Below are positions 18,392 through 26,432 of a stretch of DNA of 26,726 nt, piece after piece. The notes under the pieces were generated by a model. The model worked only from the letters and a program-made list of their open reading frames with translations. It made no database searches and was not told where the DNA came from. The stretch lies in the NCBI GenBank assembly GCA_913020725.1, contig CAJWCD010000038.1:1-26726 (forward strand). The letters run 5' to 3'. Position 1 is the first letter of the stretch. The number at the start of each line of letters is the position of its first letter. Source of the stretch: an uncultured Pseudomonadota bacterium. Lineage in GTDB: Bacteria > SAR324 > NAC60-12. Both the position numbers and the translations under genes were made by a program.

Positions 18392-19175
18392 AGCGCGCGA
18401 CTCCTCCATCGACTTCCAAGGCGGCTCCGGTGATGAACCCCGCCTTTGGCGAGACCAGAAACGCAATCGCCGCCGCCGCCTCTTCGGGTGAGCCGAAGCG
18501 TCCCAGCGGGATGTTCCGCAGTTTTGCTTGCTCTGCCAGCCATGCGTCAAGACTGATGCCTTCGGAAGCTTGAGCCTTGTAGCGCCGCCGCCACTGCTCG
18601 GACTCGACGGTGCCGATCAGGATCGAGTTGACTCGGATGCCCTTGGGTGCAAACTCCCGGCTCATCGAGCGCAGCAGGTTTTGCACTCCGGCTCGAGCCG
18701 AAGAGGTCGCCACCAAGCGAGGCTCCGGTTGCCGGGAGAGCAGCGAATTGACAACGAGCATCGAGCCGACTAGCGACTTTTCCAACTCCGGCAGAAAGGC
18801 GCGGGTCGGACGGATCACGCTGAAATACTTGAGTTGCAATTCCGCCATCCAGTCTTCATCCTCGGTGTCGGCAAAGGTGCTGATGCGGGCCTGTCCAGCA
18901 TTGTTAACGAGGCCGTCCACCGCGCCAAACCAGCCGAGAACGGCTTCCCGGAATTCTGCCACAGCCTCGGCATCCAGCACATCGCACGGCAGTGCCCAGA
19001 CCGCATCCCCATACTGAGATTGGAATTCCGCCAGCGCGGTTTCCAGCCGTTCCGGATTCCGGGCGCAAAACGCGACCTTCGCCCCTTCCTCCAGCAAAGT
19101 TTTCACGGTAGCCCGCCCGATTCCAGCAGAACCTCCGGTGACGATGATCACGCGATCCTTGAGTTTTAAGTCCAT
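18384..19175 (-). CDS. SDR oxidoreductase (atypical active site)
   Basis: TGGSAGIG, NNAG, TSSAR at the YxxxK position, and PLGRFG. Confidence 0.88.
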   Translation of the reverse strand: MDLKLKDRVIIVTGGSAGIGRATVKTLLEEGAKVAFCARNPERLETALAEFQSQYGDAVWALPCDVLDAEAVAEFREAVLGWFGAVDGLVNNAGQARISTFADTEDEDWMAELQLKYFSVIRPTRAFLPELEKSLVGSMLVVNSLLSRQPEPRLVATSSARAGVQNLLRSMSREFAPKGIRVNSILIGTVESEQWRRRYKAQASEGISLDAWLAEQAKLRNIPLGRFGSPEEAAAAIAFLVSPKAGFITGAALEVDGGVARYV

Positions 19176-19186
19176 GATGTCCTTTG

Positions 19187-19975
19187 TTATCCTCGATGCC
19201 CTAATCGTTTGGAGATGGCTGCTGCCGCTTCCAGCACTCGGTCTTTGATTTCACCTTCCAAGGCTTCGCGGTCAAACACGGTTTCCGGACCCGTGATGTT
19301 GATGGCCGCAATGATCTTTCCGGAAGCATCCCGGATTCCTGCCCCAACACTGACCACCCCGGCCTCGAACGCAGACAGGCTGAGAGCGTAGCCCTGCTCC
19401 TGTTCCTTGCCAAGCAACCGATGGAGTTCCGGAACCGAGTTGGCCGTCTGTTTCGTGACCTGTTCGAGCATGGTGCCTTCGTACAATTGCTGCAACTCCG
19501 GCAGGGAAAGCTCGGAGAGCAGAACGCGCCCCATCGTGGTGGCATGGGCTGGAAAGCGCGTACCGACTCCCACGTTGCTCGCCAAGTGTCGGCGTCCGGC
19601 GATGCGCAGCAGGTACACGACCTCCCGATTATCCAGCACCCCCAAATGCACCGAGCAGCCGGTTTGTTCGTTCAACGTGTTCAGAAAAGGACGGACGACT
19701 TCCAACAATTCCTGCGAGGCCAAATACTCGAAGCCCAAGTTCAGCACCCGATTGCCTAGCTGATAGGTCTTGCGCTGCGGATGGCGCTCAAGGTACTTGA
19801 GTTTTTCTAACGTGTGCGCTAAACGGAACACCGTGGAACGAGGCAACTCAAGCACCCTTGCCAGTTCCGACAAACCCCACTCCTGCTGATTGTGGGTAAA
19901 CTTTTCTAGTAGCCGCATGCCTCGCACCAAACCGGGCACAAGATAACGGTCTTCCGGAGGGGATGTTTCCGTCAT
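19187..19975 (-). CDS. IclR-family transcriptional regulator
   Basis: GLSELARVLELPRSTVFRL HTH; GTRFPAHATTMGRVLL; AAINITGP. Confidence 0.92.
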   Translation of the reverse strand: MTETSPPEDRYLVPGLVRGMRLLEKFTHNQQEWGLSELARVLELPRSTVFRLAHTLEKLKYLERHPQRKTYQLGNRVLNLGFEYLASQELLEVVRPFLNTLNEQTGCSVHLGVLDNREVVYLLRIAGRRHLASNVGVGTRFPAHATTMGRVLLSELSLPELQQLYEGTMLEQVTKQTANSVPELHRLLGKEQEQGYALSLSAFEAGVVSVGAGIRDASGKIIAAINITGPETVFDREALEGEIKDRVLEAAAAISKRLGHRG

Positions 19976-20784
19976 TGTCTTTGTCGGGAAAAGAACTTCT
20001 GTAGAGCATTGTTGAACACTTCCGGTTGCTCGATGTAGCACGCATGTCCCGCTCCTAGAAGCGATTGATACCGAGCACCTTCAAGCATTTTGGCAATCTG
20101 CTGGCTGTGTGCTTCCGGAGTGACCTGGTCGGCACTGCCGCACAGCACCAAACAGGGTGTTTGCATTTGAACAACATCTGCTCCCAAATCTCCCTGCGCG
20201 AGCATCATTGTCGCCTGTCGGTAGCCGTCCGGACGAATCTGTGCCATTGCTTCGCGCACCTGCTCGACTTGTTCCGGAGTGGCTGAACTGGAAAGCAGAC
20301 GGGCCGCTCGTGCTTGAGCCACGCCTTCCGGACCCAACTGCTCCAAGTTGCGCAGGCGCTCCTGAACCTTCTCCGGAACCGGATCACCGGGCTGCATCTG
20401 GTAGCCTACTGCACATGAAGCCAACACCAAGGCTGTGGTGCGGGTGTACTTCCGGGCGAACGCCGCCGCCATCAGCGTCCCCAAGGAATGCCCCACCAAG
20501 CAACATTCCGGAATCTGCATCGCGTCCAGAAACGCGTCCAGTGCGTCGGCATAATCCTGTGCATCAGGTTGAGGCATATCCAGTGGGGTGGATTCCCCGT
20601 AGCCGGGAGCATCCCAAGCAAGTACCCGGAACTGACCGGATAGCACGGCAAGCTGGTTTTGCCACGAACCCGAGTTGGAGCCAATCCCGTGCAACAGCAC
20701 CAACGGGGAGCCGTCGCCGGCTTCTCGGAAGCTGAATTGCCGATTTCCTGCGGCAATCGTCCGGTGGTCAAACGACAGGTTCAT
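19972..20784 (-). CDS. Alpha/beta-fold hydrolase
   Basis: LLHGIG, WDAPGYG, GHSLG nucleophile elbow, Asp (ADQVTP) and His (AGHAC). Confidence 0.9.
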   Translation of the reverse strand: MNLSFDHRTIAAGNRQFSFREAGDGSPLVLLHGIGSNSGSWQNQLAVLSGQFRVLAWDAPGYGESTPLDMPQPDAQDYADALDAFLDAMQIPECCLVGHSLGTLMAAAFARKYTRTTALVLASCAVGYQMQPGDPVPEKVQERLRNLEQLGPEGVAQARAARLLSSSATPEQVEQVREAMAQIRPDGYRQATMMLAQGDLGADVVQMQTPCLVLCGSADQVTPEAHSQQIAKMLEGARYQSLLGAGHACYIEQPEVFNNALQKFFSRQRQ

Positions 20785-20791
20785 AGTCCGA

Positions 20792-21559
20792 TCAGTTGAA
20801 CACAAACCCGCCGTTGACAGGCAGGACTTGTCCGGTAACGAAACCTGCTGCTTCGGAGAGCAGAAAGCTTACCGTGCCCACCACATCCTCCGGGAACTGC
20901 GCACGCGGGATGGCCCGTCCAGTTTCGTAGAGGTCGTGCCGTTCCTGCGGAACGTAATCTGTAGATTCGCCCCGTACCAATCCCGGAGCCACGGCGTTGA
21001 CGGTGATGCCGTCCGCCCCAAGCTCACGGGCGAGCGAGCGGGTCATGGCGATCACCGCCCCCTTGCTGGAAACGTAGTGCAGCAGCTTTGGCGCTCCCCA
21101 CAGGGCTGTGTCCGAGGCGAGGTTCACCACCCGTCCGGATGCCGAGCGACGCAGCAAGGGCGCCAACGCCTTGACCATCAACCAAGTGCCCCGCACGTTG
21201 ACGCGCATCACCATGTCCCAAGTTTCGAGGTCGATTTCCTCAAAGGTCTTGCCGCCAATGCCTGTGGCGAGCGCGGCATTGTTGACCAAGCCGTCAATTC
21301 GCTCGTAGGATTTCGCCAGTTCTGCGGAAAGCGCGTTGACCGAATCCGGGTCCGCGACATCCACAGGGAAAAACCTCGCCGTGTGCCCAGCGTTCCGGAG
21401 TTCGATTTCGGCCTGCTGGCCCCACTCCGCGTTTTTCTCGGCAATCACGACCTCCGCACCCTGCCGACCACAATCCTTGGCAAAGGCTCGTCCCAGCCCG
21501 CGTCCGGCCCCGGTGACAACGACGATCCGATCTTTCAGCAGCGACATTGCGTCTGACAT
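20792..21559 (-). CDS. SDR oxidoreductase (classical)
   Basis: TGAGRGLG, NNAA, ASD and YVSSK. Confidence 0.9.
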   Translation of the reverse strand: MSDAMSLLKDRIVVVTGAGRGLGRAFAKDCGRQGAEVVIAEKNAEWGQQAEIELRNAGHTARFFPVDVADPDSVNALSAELAKSYERIDGLVNNAALATGIGGKTFEEIDLETWDMVMRVNVRGTWLMVKALAPLLRRSASGRVVNLASDTALWGAPKLLHYVSSKGAVIAMTRSLARELGADGITVNAVAPGLVRGESTDYVPQERHDLYETGRAIPRAQFPEDVVGTVSFLLSEAAGFVTGQVLPVNGGFVFN

Positions 21560-21560
21560 C

Positions 21561-22100
21561 TCAAAGCTGTTGACGCTTGATCTGCGCCAGCGGATGGTCA
21601 GGGGGATAGGTCGGTTTTATCGGCTGGGACGTTCCCAGCATCACGCACATCAACGCTTCCTCAATGCCCTCGTTGACCAAACCCCGGTACACTCCCGGAG
21701 GAATCGAGATCAGGTCGCGCTCCTTCAGGTAGGTCTCCCACGTCTCGCCCTCGGCCTCGAACATCAGGCGAATCTGGTTGCCCCGCAAAATGAAGAACAC
21801 CTCCTCCACATCAACATGAACGTGCATCGGCCCCTCGCAGCCAGCGGGCAACACCATTGTCGAGAAAGTGAAATGCTCGGCCTGCACGGTGTTTGTGTCC
21901 GCCGACACTCCGGCGGCTCCAGTGCCTAAGTAACGCATCTGCGCCCGGCGGTATTTCGGGTCGTAGTCCGCCTGGAACTTGAGCGCATTCCAGTCCAGCG
22001 TCCGGGTTTCGTAGCGGGCGATCTTGGCGTTCATCCACGATTCCAGCGACTCGCCTGCCGGAATCACGGGGCTTGCCGTGGTTTGGGGTTCTTTACTCAT
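21561..22100 (-). CDS. Cupin-domain protein
   Basis: GPMHVHVDVEEVFFILRG motif 1 and DLISIPPGVYRG motif 2. AAGGA RBS. Confidence 0.88.
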   Translation of the reverse strand: MSKEPQTTASPVIPAGESLESWMNAKIARYETRTLDWNALKFQADYDPKYRRAQMRYLGTGAAGVSADTNTVQAEHFTFSTMVLPAGCEGPMHVHVDVEEVFFILRGNQIRLMFEAEGETWETYLKERDLISIPPGVYRGLVNEGIEEALMCVMLGTSQPIKPTYPPDHPLAQIKRQQL

Positions 22101-22206
22101 ACAGTTCCTTGTTAGTGCATGTTTTCTCGAAGGGGCCTTCCATGTCCACGAATTCGCCCATGAGGTTTTCTTCCAGCCAGATCAGGGAGGGCCTGCCATC
22201 AGGCAT
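22093..22206 (-). pseudogene. 37-codon ORF; possible remnant of an FNR-type (FAD-binding) reductase
   Basis: MPDGRPSLIWLEENLMGEFVDMEGPFEKTCTNKELYE*. It resembles the PxGxxSxWL...G..V...GPFG segment of FNR-type reductases and overlaps both neighbours by 8 nt. Confidence 0.4.
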
Positions 22207-22993
22207 CTCCAAACGAGCGCGAGGGGAGGTAGTGCAAAACCTTGCGTTCCAGCACGATGACAGCGACATAGGCGAGCACGCCGATCAGCGTAAGCAGGAG
22301 GATGGAGACGAACACCATCGCGGTGTTGGCCGAACCCTCGCCGAACACCAGCAAGTAGCCCAGGCCGATGTTGCCGCCGACCATCTCGCCGACCACCACA
22401 CCGATCACCGCGAGTGTCGCGCCGACGCGCAGTCCCGAGAAGAGCGCGGGCATGGACGCCGGGAATTCGATTTTCCAGAAAATCTGCGAGCGTCGCGCCT
22501 TGAACGAGCGGGCGAGGTTGATCAAGTCCGGATCCACCGCCCGCAACGCCCCCAGCACGTTGACCATGATCGGGAAGAAGACAATCAGCACTGCAACCAG
22601 AATCTTCGGATAAACCGTATACCCGAACCAGAGGATGAAGAGGGGTGCAAACGCCACCTTGGGCGCGATCTGCAACGCCAGCAGGTAGGGGGAGAAGACG
22701 AGTTCGGCCCAGGGTGACATGCCCATGGCATACCCAACGACCATGCCGAGCAAGGCTCCCAGCACAAAGCCAGTCATCGTTTCCATCAAAGTGACGAAGG
22801 AGTGGAAAACCACCCGCTCGGTTTCGAACATGAAAAAAAACTCGTCATAAACCATAGAGACAGGAGGCACGATGTAGTGCGGTACCCCCAGCCACTCGAA
22901 ACCCCACTCCCAGCCAGCCAAGGCCACCACCAGCAAAGCCACACTGGCTATGATTCCGCGCCCCATGCGTTGGGCTCCTCCCTCGGAATTCAT
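22199..22993 (-). CDS. ABC transporter permease (SsuC/TauC type)
   Basis: QIAPKVAFAPLFILWFG, EAA-like loop, VVGEM and GLGY. Confidence 0.92.
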   Translation of the reverse strand: MNSEGGAQRMGRGIIASVALLVVALAGWEWGFEWLGVPHYIVPPVSMVYDEFFFMFETERVVFHSFVTLMETMTGFVLGALLGMVVGYAMGMSPWAELVFSPYLLALQIAPKVAFAPLFILWFGYTVYPKILVAVLIVFFPIMVNVLGALRAVDPDLINLARSFKARRSQIFWKIEFPASMPALFSGLRVGATLAVIGVVVGEMVGGNIGLGYLLVFGEGSANTAMVFVSILLLTLIGVLAYVAVIVLERKVLHYLPSRSFGDA

Positions 22994-23014
22994 AGTTGGC
23001 CTAGTCCTTCCAAC

Positions 23015-24004
23015 CTACTCAACAAACTCGTTGGTGTAGAGATCAGACAGGGGCAGGGAACGGCGTAGAATCCCTTGGTCAACATAGAACTTCTGCAAGG
23101 CCGCCAGCCGCTCAGGGTCCATGGCTCCCAGCACTTTCTGTCCGGGATAGACGTACTTGTTGTAGAGCCGGAAGGTGTGTTCCATTGCCTTCTCCTTGCC
23201 CTTGTGCTGCGGAATCGCCTTCACATACTCCACGGAGGCCGCTGCCGGGTCGTCCATCACGACCTTCAGCCCGCGCAGGGTCGCTCGCACCAGCTTCCGG
23301 ACCAGTTCAGGACGTTCACGGATGGTGGTGTCGGAAACGAGAATCGCCTGCGCCATGCTTTTGAAGTAATCATCCGCCGGGAATATGTTCACCTTCACGC
23401 CGGCTCCCTGTGCGATGGCGATCCAATCCGGAACTGCCGCCATAGCATCGGCCTTGCCTGCGATGAACAACTTCCAAGTGTTGGCCGGACCCGCCGCCTG
23501 TGCGTTGATGTCGTGCTTGTTCAGGCCCACGCTCGCCAACATGCCAAGCAAGGCGTAATAAGTGGTGTCCTGAAAACCCAAGGTAGTCACAGTCTTACCC
23601 TTGAGATCGGCAGGACTGTTGATCCCGCGATCGGCACGAGCCGCCAACAGCATCAAGGAACGACCTCCCAGCACCGCCACGGCCTTGACTGGAACCCCGT
23701 TCGCCCTCACGATCATGGAGGTGTCGCCAATTCCACCACCGATGACTGCGTTGCCCGCGCCCACCTGCTTGGCAACGTCAACTCCGCCTCTGGCGGTTTG
23801 GAACGTGACATCCAGTCCCTCCTCGTCGTAGTAGCCCAAGTGCTTGGCCAGCATCCACGGGCTGAAGGCAGGCAGGAAGGCTGGAGCGGGTAGCAGGTAA
23901 GTGATTTTCTCTGCGGCGTGAGCGGCACTCACCGCAGTCAGCAGAAGTCCCGTAGCCGCTAGTGCCATTAGGCTCTGAGTAAATTTTTTTCTGAGTTTAC
24001 GCAT
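23015..24004 (-). CDS. ABC transporter substrate-binding protein (NMT1/THI5/SsuA-like)
   Basis: Signal peptide ending AHA, GYYDEEGLDV, GGVDVAKQVGAG and DLKGKTV. AAGGAGA RBS. Confidence 0.9.
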   Translation of the reverse strand: MRKLRKKFTQSLMALAATGLLLTAVSAAHAAEKITYLLPAPAFLPAFSPWMLAKHLGYYDEEGLDVTFQTARGGVDVAKQVGAGNAVIGGGIGDTSMIVRANGVPVKAVAVLGGRSLMLLAARADRGINSPADLKGKTVTTLGFQDTTYYALLGMLASVGLNKHDINAQAAGPANTWKLFIAGKADAMAAVPDWIAIAQGAGVKVNIFPADDYFKSMAQAILVSDTTIRERPELVRKLVRATLRGLKVVMDDPAAASVEYVKAIPQHKGKEKAMEHTFRLYNKYVYPGQKVLGAMDPERLAALQKFYVDQGILRRSLPLSDLYTNEFVE

Positions 24005-24041
24005 ATTGTCTCCTTGGTTTGAGATTAGGTTCTCGAAATTC

Positions 24042-24842
24042 CTACTTGGCTGCTCCCAGTTCAAGATGGTCAATGTCGAGAGATTTCATCAAGTGACCAA
24101 TGTGGTCACTTAGCTGCTGTCGTCGTACAAGCGGGTTTTCCCGATCAGGGACATCAATCACCAACTCCTCGGTGATGTGTCCTGGGCGCTTGCTCATCAC
24201 CAGAACGCGGTCGGACAGCGCGGCCGCTTCGGCAAGATCGTGGGTGATTAACAGTGCGGTTTTTCCGTTTACTTTTATGGACACCGCTAAATCTTGTTGC
24301 AGCACCATTTTCGTTTGGGCATCCAGCGCGGAAAATGGTTCGTCAAGTAACAGTACCGAAGGTTCCAAGACAAGGGTACGAGCCAGTGCCGCTCGTTGCC
24401 GCATCCCTCCAGAAAGCTGGTGGGGGAAGTGATTTGCGAAATCGGCAAGATGACACTGACGCAACCAGTTCATGGCACGCTCTCTCTGTTCCGATCTCGA
24501 TACTCCCTGAATCTCCAACCCAAGCTCGACGTTCTCCCGAATCGAGCGCCACGGTAGCAGCAAGTCTTTCTGGAGCATGAACGCTACATGGGAACTCGGA
24601 CCAACAACGCGAGTCGCGTCCACGAACACCTCTCCTGCCGTGGGTTTATCGAGTCCGGACGCAAGATTCAGCAGAGTGCTCTTGCCGCAACCGCTGGGTC
24701 CGATCAGCGAGACGACCTCGCCATCCTTCACGCTCAAGGAAACCCCCTCGACCGCCGTGATGGTTTCCGGAGCCGTGCCACTGGAGTTGCGGAACTGCTT
24801 GGTGACGTTCCTGAATTCGAGCCGGGCTTCACTCACGGTCAT
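24042..24842 (-). CDS. ABC transporter ATP-binding protein (SsuB/TauB type)
   Basis: GPSGCGKST, LLPWRS, LSGGMRQR, LLDEPFSALD and ITHD. Confidence 0.95.
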   Translation of the reverse strand: MTVSEARLEFRNVTKQFRNSSGTAPETITAVEGVSLSVKDGEVVSLIGPSGCGKSTLLNLASGLDKPTAGEVFVDATRVVGPSSHVAFMLQKDLLLPWRSIRENVELGLEIQGVSRSEQRERAMNWLRQCHLADFANHFPHQLSGGMRQRAALARTLVLEPSVLLLDEPFSALDAQTKMVLQQDLAVSIKVNGKTALLITHDLAEAAALSDRVLVMSKRPGHITEELVIDVPDRENPLVRRQQLSDHIGHLMKSLDIDHLELGAAK

Positions 24843-25123
24843 TCTCCCAGCCGTCGCATCTCTGCTTGGAAGTTGGCCTCGGTCCAACGGCCGCTGTCCG
24901 GAGGGTTCACACCGGATTCATTGAGTCGTCCGACGATTCCGGGCAGGTCATAGACTTCATCGCCAAAGATTTCCTGAAGCGCATCCGCCAACGACTGTTC
25001 GTAGTCTGTCGGCACAGCAGAGCGGGTTTGCCACGGCAAAAGCGTGGGCGGGTCGTAGGTTTCGAGGTAGTCCATCCCGCCCTTGTTCTCGTGGGTCTTG
25101 CTCAGCCAGGGGTTCCAGTCCAT
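24839..25123 (-). CDS. Small protein, recombinase-like helix-turn-helix domain
   Basis: 94 aa with WQTR..PTDYE..LADAL...F..LN..GV....G.WT...F.AEM.RLG. Starts 5 nt after the Rieske stop and has an ATGA overlap with the ABC ATPase. Confidence 0.7.
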   Translation of the reverse strand: MDWNPWLSKTHENKGGMDYLETYDPPTLLPWQTRSAVPTDYEQSLADALQEIFGDEVYDLPGIVGRLNESGVNPPDSGRWTEANFQAEMRRLGE

Positions 25124-25128
25124 GCGTT

Positions 25129-26157
25129 TTAACCGTGAGAGGCTTGGGCTTCCACCTGCTGTTGTGCCAGCAGCCACAAATCCCGGCGAATCTTGGTCAA
25201 CCCGGCATCGTGCTGGTAGAGCGTTTCCTGAGTCCGGGCACTGTCCGGCATCGCTTCCAGCACTCCCCGATCCTGCTCCAGCACCTCCCAGTGCAAGCCC
25301 TCCAGCCGGTTCTTGTAGAGAAACCGCCAGACATCGCGCTCCCAGCCGGAGACCTTGCGCACCCGCCAGAAATAGACCTGACAGACCTGCTCGGTCACGG
25401 GCGTGACAAACCCAATGATCGTGAAATTGCCACCCGGCCCAGCGTTCTTGCGGTAGGGGATCGCCAGTCGCATCCAGAAAGCTCCGGTGTCGGCAAATTC
25501 CACCCAGTCGAAATTCACACCGCGCTGCCCCTCTTTCTCAAACATCCAACCTTGCCCCGTTTCGGACAGCCGCATTTTCGCGGATTTGTCGCCCATCCCC
25601 ATTGAGTGCGATTTTGCATGCAGATATGATCCGTGCATGGGATCCATCACGTTGTCGATGGCGTAGCGGTAGTTGCACCTCCAGAGCGCGGTGCAGAGGA
25701 AACTGCCGTAAGCATCATCAGTGAGTTCCTCTGGAAGTTGCAACTCCACAGGGTCAGGCTGCTGTTCGTCTCCAAAATACGCGAAAATCGCCCCCTGCAC
25801 CTCCTGAGTCGGATAGCTCCGCACCTTGCGCTTGCCCTCCAGCGGGCATTTTTCCTGTGCTGGAACCCGGACCACCACGCCCTCATGGTTAACCTCCACG
25901 CCATGGTACCAGCAGGCCAGCCGATCTCCCAGATTCCACCCCAGAGAAAGACGCGCTCCCCGGTGCGGACAGCGATCCGCAATCACATGCGGGTTTCCGG
26001 AAGCGTCTCGCCAAATCGCCAAATCCTCGCTTAAGCGCGTGACCCCCAGCGGGTTCTCCTGCACCATCCAGCTCGGTGCCACCGGATACCAACGTTGACG
26101 CAGCCCTCGGTTGAGCAGCTGCTCAACCTCCTCACGTTTGGCCTTGCCCACCGTCAT
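25129..26157 (-). CDS. Rieske non-heme iron aromatic oxygenase, catalytic subunit (VanA/KshA-like size)
   Basis: CPH...CWYHG Rieske ligands; DNVMDPMHGSYLH and EQD mononuclear iron site; 342 aa. Confidence 0.92.
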   Translation of the reverse strand: MTVGKAKREEVEQLLNRGLRQRWYPVAPSWMVQENPLGVTRLSEDLAIWRDASGNPHVIADRCPHRGARLSLGWNLGDRLACWYHGVEVNHEGVVVRVPAQEKCPLEGKRKVRSYPTQEVQGAIFAYFGDEQQPDPVELQLPEELTDDAYGSFLCTALWRCNYRYAIDNVMDPMHGSYLHAKSHSMGMGDKSAKMRLSETGQGWMFEKEGQRGVNFDWVEFADTGAFWMRLAIPYRKNAGPGGNFTIIGFVTPVTEQVCQVYFWRVRKVSGWERDVWRFLYKNRLEGLHWEVLEQDRGVLEAMPDSARTQETLYQHDAGLTKIRRDLWLLAQQQVEAQASHG

Positions 26158-26190
26158 TGTCCCTAATTTCCGAGTCTCTATTCAATGTTA

Positions 26191-26229
26191 AATGTTTCGT
26201 ATAAAAAACATTGTTTTGCATATAATACA
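26191..26229. promoter_or_regulatory. Tandem imperfect palindromes, probable IclR operator
   Basis: TGTTTCGTATAAAAAACA (26193-26210) and TGTTTTGCATATAATACA (26212-26229) are 14/18 identical. The first extends to AATGTTT-N8-AAACATT. Confidence 0.6.
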
Positions 26230-26249
26230 GAAAATCTTGGGGCACGCAA
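26222..26249 (-). promoter_or_regulatory. Candidate sigma70 promoter for the Rieske operon
   Basis: On the - strand, TTGCGT, 16 bp spacer, TATTAT. The -10 lies within the second operator-like palindrome. Confidence 0.45.
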
Positions 26250-26432
26250 GCATTTTTCCAGGTGAATTCACCTTTTAGCACATGACAGGTTTTTTCGATT
26301 TGAAAAGTATGTCTGGGACATCGGTATTGGATCAGAAATATTTGAAGAGGACTTCACCTCAAAACGGTCTTCTGCGGCTTTGAAGACGGGTAATGACCTT
26401 TCTTACCGGGAGGTTGAACGGGAGCTTGATAG

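Noticed and set aside
11195..24887. Extended N-termini given by the ORF track for TctC, AraD, VOC, ThDP enzyme, IclR, binding protein and ATPase
   Set aside because: The extensions overlap neighbouring genes or promoters. Downstream ATGs fit RBS, coupling and family N-termini better.
24839..25123. Site-specific recombinase or mobile element based on the recombinase-like domain
   Set aside because: There is no catalytic domain or flanking site, and the gene is embedded in a metabolic operon.
113..26098. Many long alternative-frame and antisense ORFs in the track (e.g. 2488-3168, 9654-10445, 14058-14825, 20675-21556, 23075-23893)
   Set aside because: They are shadows of well-supported genes in GC-rich DNA and carry no recognisable motifs.
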